From Antedon mediterranea (Eukaryota; Animalia; Echinodermata), in the NCBI RefSeq assembly GCF_964355755.1, contig NC_092680.1, positions 14,641,045 through 14,705,044 on the forward strand: 64,000 nt of DNA, written 5' to 3'. The position numbers and the translations under genes are program-made. A model generated the notes under the pieces. It was given only the letters and a program-made list of their open reading frames with translations, was not told the DNA's origin and ran no database searches. Positions 43,401-55,200 of the stretch are shown here, piece by piece (the stretch's first letter is position 1; each line of letters begins with the position of its first letter).

Positions 43401-46400
43401 ATTCAGGGTACTAAAATAAATATATAATATTATAGGGAAAAGTAGAATATTTATAAAGAATATCATTATTATTTATAGTACAGTAGTTTTTAGGTTTATA
43501 GATTTCAAGTCTAGTTTTTCAATATGGTTTTCTTTTTTTATTGGTATTATGTATCGCACTGCACTTCGTACAATATTGTTTTGGCTATAACATTTGTAAC
43601 CTCTGTCTTTCACTGAATGAAACATTGTATAAACAAAATGCTAACTTTATATATTGTGTGAATTATTTCTTGTTTGTTGAATGTTTTTTTTCTAATATAA
43701 TCATATATTTCATCATTTCATGTCATCAATTATTAATCACTTTGTTCATCAGTTTAATTGTAGGTGAATTTTCACCATGAGTTCATTATGCATTCCATAG
43801 CACATCACATGATCATTTTTAAATAGTAATTGCATGTGTATACGGTACATTATTGATAGAATGTCCAGATAAACTTCCAGCAGCAAATATCAATGCATCT
43901 ATGGAGTAACTCCATAGTCCATCTAGATCCATACAGTATTACTGGTATAGTATCAATTTGATTGGTTAATAGAGAGGTTTCGCAATCTTACGAATACGAT
44001 TAACGAAAACGGATACGTCACGCACACGTATTCGTTTTCGTAAGCCATAAAAAAATCTGTTTCGAATGGCAACGAAATATTGAGGCGCGTCCAAAATATG
44101 ACTGCGGTAAATTTGAGCGAAGCGCAGGTACGTGTTGCTTGGTGCTTGGCTGCCTAGGCCTAGCGTAACATCAAAGCGAGTGTGGACTTTAAAAACTGCT
44201 ATTTATCTAAATTGACATTTTAGTAAATTACTTTCAATAAATCTATAATTATATTATATTCATGAATCATTCCTAATTCAAATGCAAAATGTGCAAAATA
44301 GATCAAAAACTATACTCGTTTTGTAGTTACGAATATGACTGGTGATATTCGTCAACACGAATACGCTATACGAATATCAAATGGGGATCAGCTCAAAAGT
44401 TTCACAAATGTATGACGTATCCGTTTTCGTTATCGTATTCGTAAGGTTGCGAAACCTCCCTAATATGACATAGATTCTCCAGTCAAGTAGAACTAATAAG
44501 GCAGTCAAGAGGACAAGGAAAGGTATATGCGCTTCTTAAATCGAGATCTTGGTTACATTTTTACACACTTGGCATGCTAAACTTATACCACTTGTACCAT
44601 TTATAAGTTTAGGAGTGAGGATGATCAAATCGTATTGATCTAAACATTTACAAGGTTAACAGTTCTTTTCAGAACTACATATTTATCGCAAACTTTATAT
44701 CTTTGCTTTAGATTTTTGCCATTCAAATCTTCAAACAATATAAACATGATTTTGTTTCTATGCATGCTCAGTAAACATGGGGTTTTCTGCTTTGTTTTTT
44801 TTCTTTGGCTACAACTTTAATGGACTTACTCTTTAAAATTTTGTTTAAAAAGCACCCCTTAACTTGCTGGAAAACAGGTAAGCAGTAACTAAATCACTTT
44901 GTAACATCATTTTTGAAGGGTCTATGTGGTGTACTAAATTACCCATATATTAATAAAGCATTTTAAAGCATAATAAAATATATAAGTATTTACAGGTAGC
45001 TATCTAGACTTGTGTTGTATACTGCATGTACATATACCAATACTAACAAATAGTCATTGGAAGCATTTACAAGTTAGTCATTGTTTTATATTAAATAATC
45101 TTTAAAATAAACCTTCCTTTTTTATTCTGTAGATGCAACTGAAGTCACTATAGGTGATTTAAGACAGTCTATTGCGTCAAGGTCGTTTGATGAGACAAAG
45201 TTTAGAGAGCAAATTCTTAAGTAAGTTATTTAAGAATAATATAAGTGTAATATAGGAATACAGTAACAACTCTTTTTAAACACCTATTAAGAGGACACTT
45301 TCCCATGAAACAAACAAGTCACAATTGGCTAGACTCTTTCTTGGGTCCCGAACAGGTTTCTGCCTACTGTATTATCTGCCTTGCCAAATTTAATAGACTC
45401 TATTCATATATTTATAATTGAGTGTGTTTGTAATATGTTGTTTAGATTGGAGGAGGAAATAAGCCAACATGTACAAAAGAATGATAGATTGGAATATACC
45501 ATCACTAAGCTTCAGGAAGAGAATACAGAGAAAAAAACACAAACAGGTGAAAAAACAGTAGATTTTATTCTTTATCTCTTGGTGTACGTGAATTCTGTAA
45601 TCCGATTAGTCAATATGTATGAGATATAATTCCGTATTACGCCTATTTACTCAGTCAAGCGGATCAGAAGGGTAATATATCCCGTATTACCTGTTTGATG
45701 TTTCTATGCGCGTGTTGTTATTGTATTGTATTTTTATAGTTAAGCGTATGCGTAGTTGTGATTTCAACCATCGAATATGAACCCGTGTTCGACGGTCCGT
45801 AAAAAAGCTAATCGTAATCGTCAAAAACTCCCTATTGTTGTGATAGCTGTTATATGTGTACACTAAGAGATAAAATCGTTAGACCCTGCTTGTTCTTACG
45901 AAATACGAGAAATATCTACGTTCTGGTTCCATATTCTATTTCAATATACACATCAATCATAATGCAGTACACATCAATCATCATGCAGTACACATCAATC
46001 ATTATGCAGTACACACCAATCATCATGCAGTACACACCAATCATCATGCTGTACACATCAATCAACATGCAGTACACACCAATCATCATGCAGTACACAT
46101 CAATCATCATCCAGTACACATCAATCATCATGCAGTACACATCAATCATCATGCAGTACACATCAATCAACGTGCAGTACACATCAATCATCATGCAGTA
46201 CACATCAATCAACGTGCAGTACACACCAATCATCATGCAGTACACACCAATTATCATGCAGTACACACCAATCATCATGCAGTACACATCAATCATCATG
46301 CAGTACACATCAATCAACATGCAGTACACATCACCATGCAGTACACACCAATCATTATGCAGTACACCAATCAACATACAGTACACACCAATCATGATGC

Positions 46401-49400
46401 AGTACACACCAATCATCATGCAGTACACACCAATGGTCATGCAGTACACACCAATCATCATGCAGTACACATCAATCATCATGCAGTACACATCAATCAA
46501 CATGCAGTACACACCAATCATCATGCAGTACACACCAATCCTCATGCAGTACACATCAATCATCCAGTACACATCAATCATCAACGTGCAGTACACATCA
46601 ATCATCATGCAGTACACATCAATCAACATGCAGTACACATCAATCAACATGCAGTACACATTAATCATCATGCAGTACACATCAATCAACATGCAGTACA
46701 CATTAATCATGCAGTACACATCAATAATCATGCAGTACACACCAATCATCATGCAGTACACATCAATCATCATGCAGTACACACCAGTCATCATGCAGTA
46801 CACATCAATCATCATGCAGTACACATCAATCATCATGCAGTACACATCAATCATCATGCAGTACACATCAATCATCATGCAGTACACATCAATCATCATG
46901 CAGTACACATCAATCATCATGCAGTACACATCAATCAACATGCAGTACACATTAATCATGCAGTACACATCAATCATCATGCAGTACACATCAATCATGC
47001 AGTACACATCAATCATCATGCGGTACACGTCAATCATGCAGTACACATCAATTAACATGCAGTACACACCAATCATCATGCAGTACACATCAATCATCAT
47101 GCAGTACACATCAATCAACGTGCAGTACACATCAATCATCATGCAGTACACATCAATCATCATGCAGTACACATCAATCATCTTGCAGTACACATCAATC
47201 ATCTTGCAGTACACATCAATCAACGTGCAGTACACATCAATCATCATCCAGTACACATCAATCATCTTGCAGTACACATCAATCAACGTGCAGTACACAT
47301 TAATCATCGTGCAGTACACATCAATCATCATCCAGTACACATCAATCATCATGCAGTACACATCAATCAACGTGCAGTACACATCAATCATGCAGTACAC
47401 ATCAATCATCATGCAGTACACATCAATCAACGTGCAGTACACATCAATTAACATGCAGTACACACCAATCATCATGCAGTATGATTGTACTGAATAACAA
47501 TGGCTGTGTACTGCATAATGATGACCGTGTACTGCATAACATTATATCACTGCCCTATCATATCTATATTATTATTTGTTTCTCTATCATGCGCCCATTG
47601 TTTATTAAAAAATACATAAGAAAATATAAAACATGAATCAAAGTACAAAGTAAACAAAGAAACAAACTTTTTGTCTTCCCAATTTTAAGAATACAGTAAA
47701 GCTATTCACTTTATGAGTTTCTTTACTACAAGGGTAGGAGGCGCTCAAGTTTGGGATGACCGAGCACAAGTAGTGCTCGCCAGGGTTTAATTTAGACAGA
47801 ACCCTGGTCACCGACAAGGGCAATTCCCATACTTCGGTTTGGGTTTTATAAACCCAGGATATAATATAAATACTATGCATATTTTTTAGACTCTCCCAAT
47901 GACGTGCCATATTCATATATCCATTTCCAGAACATAATTTATCATTGGACGTGTAGCTGCTAATATATATATGCGAGTTGATATTTAACCTTTCATCGTT
48001 CACCAAATGTCATTATTTGTACCATTACACGAATATAAAACATTCATTATTCATAATTACCACTAGTTCTATAAAAATGTGAATATTAAAATATTTTGTA
48101 TTACTAAATTTTCCTTTCTTTTTTGTTTTCTTTTATAGACTTAACAATTTGTTTAAATTCTTTTAGGTACAGATGGCTGCACTAGTTGTAAGCTAGTAAG
48201 AGCAGAGATGGACACCATACTTCAGGAAAAAGACATGTTTGAGGAAGAAAATGAGGAATTGAAACAAGAACTTGAACAACTTGAATCGCAGTTGGATATA
48301 ATGCAGCAAGACGCAGAACGGTATAACACTATTTTTTGTTTCTGTTTTTATGGGAGTTTTCGATGACCATAATTTCTTTATGAAACCGATGATATAATAT
48401 CTAAAAATGTACGTAAGTAAGCCCATCCCCTAAAATTCCATGCAATCCAAGTATAATCCCATCCTCAATTGAACCAAATAAGCCCCAGTGAATAAAATAA
48501 TTGAGAAAAAAATAGGCATTCTGTTATTTTATTACACATCTAACAGTGTTTTATTTCTTTAATGCATTATAGGTCTGTTAAAGACAGTAAACCGAATCAC
48601 CTCCTAGGTAGATCAACTCCTAAGCATTTCTCATCCACAAATAAGTCTAGCGCCATTTTACCTGTTCCACGACAATCATCGTTTAGCCCTCAGTCGTCTC
48701 CATATCATTTGTACTCTGACCACAAGACATCATTTGCAGGCGATTCGAACGAAGAGCTAAGTCCTAGAAGACTACGAGGCTCATCTTCACCTTTGTCTTT
48801 ACGAGATGAGGTTAAAGGTCGTATCAGCACTGAGAGAAGACAATCGCAGTTGAAGGAGCTTATTTTGCCATCAAAGGGTATTGAGCCGGGATATACATCT
48901 TCAGGAAGGTAAGGCACTCCATACTAAATTAATTGTTTTTGCATGTGCTAAATATTTAACATTTACTCCTACTAATTGCCCCATCCATATTTGTTTGTTT
49001 TCTTCTGTTTCAACAATTAATCTGTATTTTGTTTTAATATGAAACATTACTTAAGATCTAAAATCACCCTTTTGAGCCTACATTATTTTTTACAAATATA
49101 TTTTTAAAATAAAGTTTTGCTCTTGAATGCTTTGCAGAAAATTTAAATGAATAAAATATTTCCCAATTTGTGGTTGTAATTGATTGACAGAGCTAAAAAT
49201 AAAGAGAACTAATTGCATGAATTTGTTTTTATTTCAGACGTATTAGTCTTCTTTTATCTAGTTTCCCTCAGTAGCCTTTTGTGTCTATTGTTTTTATATT
49301 TAATAATGTGCTACTCTTATTTAGTTTTAGAATGAATAAATAACAATAATTTAATAGTTTGTTAGCAAATGACTTTTAACTCTAATTTTCATCACTTTTT

Positions 49401-50317
49401 TCAAATTGAATTGTGTTGCATCAATAACATTTGTTATAGAAATTGTACACATGCATATAGTTGACATAAAATAGATATAATAATTGGTTTTCTTGAGTAG
49501 TGTTAACATTTCTGTATATTTATTTTCTCAGTTCATATGGAAGTGTTTAGTGCATGTTATCATCCGAATCATCGCATTCATCTTATCATCGCTTATGATG
49601 CTAACCATCAGATACCAATCACTACATTCATCTCATTATTCTACTTTTAGTTTTCATTCTTATCTTTTTCTTTTTCCCATGTTTAGACATGGATCAGAGC
49701 ATTCTTTGTTAGATCTGATTATCAATAGTAGACAATCATTATTAGAACGGGTATCAGAGAAAGGCTAAATAGTTTAACTATCTCTAACATTAATCTCTTT
49801 TATTAAACATAATGTTTTTAAGGTTGTTGGCATATTTTCATTTCTGTTCATTTCAGTAAGTAGTTAAATTATGCAGCTGACCAAACATAGGTCTGGCTGC
49901 AGCCAGGATTATTACCAAATGGGGGTGGGGGGGGGGGGGAGACTATGGGACTAGGCCAAAGAAGGTGGGGGGAGACCATGGGACTAGGCCAAAGAAGGTG
50001 GGGTGGGGGGGGGGGGTGCTATTGTTGAAGAACTAGGGAGGAAAAGGGAGAAGTTGTGCCTATACTAACTATGGGCTTAGAACACTCCTTTTTTCTTCAT
50101 AATTTTGTATTACCAAATTGCCAGTAGAATATTGTTGAAATCATTGTTTACTTAAATGTTGCTTAAAACTAAAAGATATAGTTTCACATTAGAAATGCCT
50201 CTTTATCTCTTTAATTTCTATAGCTCTCATCTCTTTACTATTGAGAATAAATCGTCAAAGATACCTGTGAAAATGGATAACACAACTACGAGTTTTTCAA
50301 GTAGTTTGAACCAATAG
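7419..50317 (+). CDS. Long coiled-coil protein (~1249 aa), family not identified; 25 coding exons: 7419-7595, 12348-12484, 13056-13254, 13500-13583, 23867-23964, 24373-24517, 24714-24827, 25887-26012, 26556-26723, 27054-27179, 27571-27738, 35574-35711, 36583-36744, 37281-37460, 38069-38148, 38528-38675, 39575-39835, 40811-41001, 41156-41304, 42253-42378, 45133-45220, 45446-45546, 48167-48320, 48573-48908, 50224-50317
   Basis: Every exon is bounded by AG/GT and the phases chain without a stop (3750 nt). The product is E/K/Q/L heptad-rich (e.g. ESEKRRVSLMEKLRDAQETLQ, LDRLRIELDQERDHYSEQCHQLRDSV) with S/P-rich ends. The choice of last exon is less certain. Confidence 0.88.
9072..9321. mobile_element. 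Tourist/PIF-Harbinger-like MITE
   Basis: TIRs AGCCTGGTTTCCAT / ATGGAAACCAGGCT, flanked on both sides by TAA (3-bp TSD). Confidence 0.85.
11830..12070 (-). mobile_element. Degenerate Penelope-like 3' end with decayed hammerhead ribozyme motif (11864-11903)
   Basis: The minus strand reads CTC-CTGAGGA-CGATCAA-AGCATA-TTGATC-GGAACATC-GAG, a hammerhead-like core with substitutions. It follows remnants (IKEA.., IWDNI) resembling the GIY-YIG C-terminus. Confidence 0.5.
12886..13022. mobile_element. 137-bp Tourist-like MITE; partial copies at ~8858-8932 and ~54630-54719
   Basis: TIR AGCTCTGTCTACACT(A/G)TCAAAC at both ends with a TAA TSD. The internal TGTGATGTGCCCAT..CATGATGATG motif is shared with the other copies. 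Confidence 0.85.
14054..14607 (+). mobile_element. LINE (L2/CR1-like) 3' fragment
   Basis: HKHETRSRKHNFQIPRLNGVGQTSFYYNGIK, then a frameshifted WNSLPDCIK..FKHKVK, typical of an ORF2 C-terminus. It ends in AATAAA plus a TTCAATCAAA-type tail. Confidence 0.65.
14610..15268. mobile_element. Non-autonomous TIR element
   Basis: ACAACTGCAATACGATTCT (left) vs AGAATCGTATCGCAGTTGT (right), with internal CA repeats and an internal duplication. Confidence 0.65.
15607..15929 (-). mobile_element. Truncated copy of the Helentron-like element at 29069-34188, lacking the hAT insertion (empty site at ~15725-15750)
   Basis: Matches the reverse complement of 29069-29268 joined directly to 32850-32980. Confidence 0.85.
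17843..19030. repeat. Minisatellite with ~35-bp subunits, locally a 71-bp dimer
   Basis: Units resemble TGGCTATTATTGGGCTATTAAAAATCTACAT; the AAAATGG marker recurs every 71 bp (18236, 18307, 18378, 18449). Confidence 0.95.
19145..19675. repeat. Three tandem ~200-bp imperfect copies
   Basis: TATTTGTAAACCTTAAT and TTTTGTAACAAT(T/C)TAGACTTAT each occur three times. Confidence 0.85.
20871..22617. repeat. 164-bp tandem satellite, ~10.5 near-identical copies
   Basis: The ACAACAGCTATCTATAACC marker (one variant) occurs at 21051, 21215, 21377, 21541, 21705, 21869, 22033, 22197, 22361 and 22525. Confidence 0.97.
24765..25522 (+). repeat. 97-bp tandem repeat (8 copies) derived from an exon 3' end plus its splice donor
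   Basis: ATATCAC unit starts at 24765, 24862, 24959, 25056, 25153, 25250, 25347 and 25442. The first copy overlaps coding exon 24714-24827. Confidence 0.95.
27780..28650 (+). repeat. Dispersed repeat family (other copies ~34628-35160 and ~47986-48052) with a ~339-bp internal tandem duplication (27991 and 28330)
   Basis: AACCTTTCATC..TTATTTGTAC..TTACACG.ATATAAAACATTCATTATT is shared by three loci. CCTACTGTAGTGTTAATTATGTCAAC occurs at 27991 and 28330. Confidence 0.8.
29269..32844. mobile_element. 3.6-kb non-autonomous hAT-like element with 5-bp TSD (hAT5-like)
   Basis: Perfect 16-bp TIR CAGGGCTGCAAATTAA / TTAATTTGCAGCCCTG with TSD ATAGC. The empty site is present in the paralogous copy near 15730. 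Confidence 0.9.
30372..31675. mobile_element. 1.3-kb non-autonomous P-superfamily-like element
   Basis: 34-bp perfect TIR CATGGATTAAAGAATAGAAGGATATGCATCGACG with 7-bp TSD GTAAAAC. Confidence 0.88.
34256..34579 (-). mobile_element. tRNA-derived Deu-like SINE, copy 2
   Basis: Colinear with 2189-2518, with A/B boxes and Deu-like core. Confidence 0.8.
35910..36435 (+). mobile_element. Degenerate LINE reverse-transcriptase fragment (Rex1/CR1-group-like) with a short duplication
   Basis: CTDELAAIFCQIF..KTAYITPVPKDKKALSLNGYRPVALT with stops. The YITPVP..YRPVALT segment is duplicated at ~35910-35985. Confidence 0.7.
41250..41525 (+). repeat. 57-bp tandem repeat (~5 copies) derived from an exon 3' end plus its splice donor
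   Basis: AGCA unit starts at 41251, 41308, 41365, 41422 and 41478. The first copy is the end of coding exon 41156-41304. Confidence 0.95.
43971..44461. mobile_element. PIF/Harbinger-like MITE
   Basis: ~50-bp TIR AG(A/G)GAGGTTTCGCAA(T/C)CTTACGAATACGAT..AACGAAAACGGATACGTCA with a 3-bp AAT TSD. Confidence 0.85.
45945..47480. repeat. 21-bp minisatellite (CAGTACACATCAATCATCATG)n, roughly 70 copies, intronic
   Basis: Directly visible tandem array; it produces the spurious 547-, 519- and 239-aa ORFs. Confidence 0.97.
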
Positions 50318-50829
50318 TAAGATATCATGATGTATCGAAGCCTTTGCACAGTGATGAAAAGGAATTAAGATTTGATTAATTTTTTTCTGTGCATATTTTA
50401 TTTTTGTTTGTTTTTGAATACTGTAGTGTAATCTGATTGTTGTCTTGAAATGCTATGCTTATTTTGCATGTTTTGATTTTTAAAACAATATAATTTAATA
50501 TTATAAATAAATTGTCAATACTATTACTACAGTAGCAAGTTCTGTAGTGTTTTTTCATAAGAAATCTGGAAACAGATACATTTTCTTTGTGTTAATACTA
50601 AACTTGTGTATAATATCAATGATATTAACATTAGCAGTCTTATCTTTTAATGTAGTTTAATTGTAACAATAGACCAAAATATTTTATAATTGATACATTT
50701 TCATGCTGTATTTTTTTATTATTAAATATTTTGTACAAATATGACCTGTTTAATGTGATTTTGTACATTTATAGGCATTAGAAGAAATTCTAAACCAGGA
50801 TGGGATATTTATTGACTGAAAAATAAATA

Positions 50830-50980
50830 TCCCATCCCATCCATCCATCCATCCATCAGGGTTGATGGGTAAATGATTGATGGGATTATGCTGGATGGGA
50901 TTGGATGTGATGATTGGATGATAGTGAGATGATGGATGGGAGGATTGATGGATGAATAATAGATTGATGAGATTAGATAA
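50830..50980. repeat. (CCAT)n and degenerate (GGAT)n simple repeat between the convergent 3' ends
   Basis: A CCATCCATCC run is followed by a GATGG/GATTG-rich tract. Confidence 0.7.
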
Positions 50981-51780
50981 ATTATTCTTTCCTTAGCATT
51001 ATTTTGTCCGTCAATTATCTTGACATCAATATCATCTAGCTATGTCAATTTTTTAGTGTATACTCCTTATGGCCAGAAGTCGATGTGATTATCTTTTCAC
51101 GGTGTGCAATAAAAATGATGCGGTCTACGCGCAATTTAACAAAATCATGTTTGTAATCATATCTTCATCAGCATAAACCAAATTTGGTACTTATAAATAT
51201 CAGGTCATATTTCATCATATAGCAATTACAATTACATGCGTAGCACATATGCACGCTTACAACATTTATTTTCGATTAAATTAGAGTATGTTTCGGGCAA
51301 TTTTATGCTTTTACCCTTTGAAATAGAAAGTTCAAAAACCCTCTGAAAGTCCATTTTGACCTCTCGGATGCTGAAACATCATCGTATAGCCACTCGAAAA
51401 CTAAATGAATTTTTTCTTTTTCGTCATAGCTCATCATATTTAATAGAGCGCATCTGGCTTATTTTCTCACTTTTACCTAGATGTTAATATTTTTTAACTC
51501 AATCAATTATCTGTCTAAGATAGAATAAAACAGAATCTTTATTAGAATAAAAGGTGGGTCCTGAAATTTCATAATGGCTTAATCTTTTTCTGTGTGCAAT
51601 ATTCCAATGTATGATGTGTATGTGTTTGTCAAAATGACAACACTGACCTTCCTAAGCACTAGAGGCAAAAACAAATGAGGCAAAAGCTGCTGAATAGAGG
51701 GTGGGAGAAACAATACATAACACTTGATAAGTGCACAAAATCCATTCAAACCAACACATTCTTTGAATGCAAACATTTCA

Positions 51781-51786
51781 TTTATT
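51781..51786 (-). promoter_or_regulatory. Candidate polyadenylation signal of DAZAP1
   Basis: AATAAA on the minus strand ~420 nt after the stop, followed by TG-rich sequence. An alternative hexamer is at 52051-52056. Confidence 0.45.
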
Positions 51787-52206
51787 AAACAAGACATCAA
51801 ATATCACATTTAGTGTATGACCCAAAAACACATGCCATTAACACTAAAAAATCTTAACACCGAACCATTGGATATTACACCGCACATTTCCAAATATACA
51901 CAGGCTTTGATAAAAAGAATCATTTACGTAAAATTTTCACTAGGATGGAACATTAAAAAATAAAAAAAGATGGTGAAACATAATTTTAAAAATTGTTATT
52001 AATTAGTTCAACATGATAAAGATATAATTAAAATATCGGAAAACTTCACATTTATTTCTCATACCAACATTTTGAGGCAGAAATGACCATAGGAATGTTA
52101 TTTGAACACCCATGATAACAATATTTCAATAAAAAAAATGGCTATTTACAGATTAATGTTAATGGATTTATAAACTTTCAGTTGTTATCAAGTTGTAAAA
52201 ATAAGA

Positions 52207-55200
52207 TTATCGCTTATATGGGTGAAATTGTTGAACAGCTCCTGCTGCTGGTCGTCCAAATCCACCAGATGGTTGTCCAGGGTTGTATAGTTCCTGACCA
52301 TCAGGTGCACCACCATAACCTCCACCTTGACCACCTTGTGGTGGCCCTGCTTGGTAGTTGTTTCCCATCTCTTGCCCATAGTTGCCTGGTGGCGGTGGTC
52401 CTCCTCCACCCCCTGAAATAGTAACAAAACCAGCATTAAGTGATCGCATTTTCAACCACTTACAGGACCAAAAGCTAAACCTACTAAGATAACATGACAC
52501 TGCTGTCCTACTCTACTACAGAATTGCATAAGCACTAAAGCGCTATTATTATGATTATCGAGTGGATTAGAAACATTTAACATGCAACGGAGAGGTGGCG
52601 TAACTGAAATAGTGTTTTGTGGCACATGTTAATTTAATGTAACCATTTTCTGTTGGGATCTTTTTAATGTAATTAATTTTAATGTAATTAATGGTTAATG
52701 TAATTAATGGTTACTATATTTTAGAAGTTTAAATCGTCCAACTATTTGAATATTGGCTGTGGGAAACTTCTCTATTGGCCGATTTGATACACAGTGGTGT
52801 AATAATTCTTTTTTCCAGATATCGATAGTGCTGGGCGGGATCCAAGATTATTTTAAATAGTGCCAGAAATATTATTTAATGCAGTGTGGCCAGATCCTGG
52901 ATTCAATTACACAATGGAACAAACAGACAGAACATAACATAGAAAGAGTGATATATGTCAAACAACACCACCTAGTAAAATAAATGTTTATTTGAAGACG
53001 ATGCTTTTCTTCACTGCAAATAAAACATGAATAAATCATGTAGAACATCATCAACCATTGAAATTACCAAACTACTAACTACAACATTCAAACAATATAC
53101 AAAACACAAACACGCAACAACAACATAAAGTGATTCATAGTTTCATATGCATGCTAATAGAATCTGGCATATATAAAGGTCACTGACCTGGTGGCTGATT
53201 GAAGTTGCCATGCTGGTTGTAGTTGACACGTTGTGGACCGTAACCCGACGCTTCTTGAGCATAGTTACCCATGGAGCCTAAAAAATTAGCAGAAAATCTT
53301 GCATCAAATAATACACTACACAACTATCAGGCCAAACTAGTCCTACTGAAATTCTACCTTACATTGAATTACCACAGTACATGGTATATAATATGTCAGA
53401 AATGCTTAAGTGTTCTGCCAGACCACATTCATTCAACATCAATGATTTTGCAATGCATGACTGTTAACTAAGCATGAATATGGCAATATAAATACAAGGA
53501 TCTAAGTTTTAATAGCTTCAGGTATTACTACTAATAACTTGTGTAAAAACCTTGGTTACCATATCATTATTTTTAATGCTTGCTATTCGTAAAAATAAAC
53601 CTACTTTGTTTGTCAGTGTCTTTTAGAATAAATTAATAAGAAAATCTAACATTTTAAAGTACCATGTTTATTGTTCGAGGGAGGTGTCTGTAGTTAATAT
53701 AATCAAGAAGTGATAAATACAATCAACAATTAATAAATTCTACTAAAAATTGTGTTGTGTTTTAATGCAATATTGTGTGTATATATATGTGGCGTAGCGA
53801 TGTTTTATGGGGGAGGGGCGTTTAAATCTTGTAAAACTTGATCAAAGTTTGCCGTTTCAGTCTAATATGTTTTAAATAGCTTGCAACATGTCTCAATGGT
53901 GCTAACCTGTTCAAACCTGCACAATTAATTCCATTCGGCTATTAGGGTTTCACCCGATTTCAACCAAATCTATGATGTTTCATCAGTTCTCCCGTTTTAC
54001 TTGATTTCCGACATTAATTTAATATTAACATATTTGCCGCCAACGGCAAATGTGGGGGGGAGCAAAGTGATCTGCTTTTAAATATATATTTACAAGTGTG
54101 TAGTTTTAAATGTTAGTTTGAGATAACAATAATAAACCCAAATTTATTTTGACCATAAATGAGTAAAGCTCATATTTGCCATGAATAAATGAACTGAAAA
54201 GGTCAACATATATGTTGTTATTATTGAGAGATGTGAAACAACAATTCAACATACCATAAGGTGGGTTTGATGCACTCTGATAGTTGTTGAAATCTTGGCC
54301 TCCGGTTGGCGCTGTTGTATCTTTCTGTGGGCCTGGGGAGCCATACGTCTGTGGGTTACCATACCCTTGTGTGTTCTGATTTCCATACATGTCATTTGCT
54401 GGTGGCCCTCCATAATTTCCACCGTAAGAGTTGTATGGCTGCTGAGCTTGTCCTAGCCAAGTTAAAATATTAGTTAGAACAATTATTATTATAAAAAAAA
54501 ATAATTAAATTGTAAAAAAGGTACAGCAATCATATAGTCCACTCTCTGGGAAATGTCAGAAGCATTTAGGAATATCAAAGAAGTTTGAAAGAAAAAAAAA
54601 AGGATTCCCAAATATGGTAGTGTTACCCGTAAATATGGTGGTGATATGACATCATCATGTCCATATATGGGCACATCACATTTATCTGTCACATAAAGTT
54701 TGATAGTGTAGACAGAGCTGTAGAAAGATTGTTTTTGAAGGAGTTTCTAATATTCGGCAGCAGACCTTCACTAAAAAGGAGCACTGACTCAAAATATAAC
54801 GCTCCTCAATTTTTCCAGACAAACTTCACAAGACTATAAATATAAAACAAACTTTTCATAAATTTGAGTGTACAATTTTTACATTCAAAGAATATAAATA
54901 AATGTATTGTTAGATTTAAATGATTTGTTAGAAAATATATTATATCTCAACACAACTGCAAAACAACAAACTGTAGGTTAATATTTGTAGAAAGAAAGGT
55001 TAAAGTTCAAATGAACTGCCTTTAAAAACACAACAAATCCTCTTTTTCAAAAACAAAGATCCATATAATTTGGATAAAAAATCTGTAGTGTTAAGTAAAA
55101 ATGCAGACAAGGTCATTCGTATCAAAACTGGAAATCGCACATTGTGAGTGAGAAACACACACTATACCAAACTCACTTTGGGTCTCAGATTTGTAGCCTT

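Noticed and set aside
45854-47497. 547-aa, 519-aa and 239-aa repetitive ORFs
   Set aside because: They are by-products of a stop-free 21-bp minisatellite that is open on both strands and lies inside an intron; no domain or splice support.
7419-50317. Naming the coiled-coil gene (CCDC/CEP family)
   Set aside because: No diagnostic motif was recognised with confidence, and compositional similarity among coiled coils is not sufficient.
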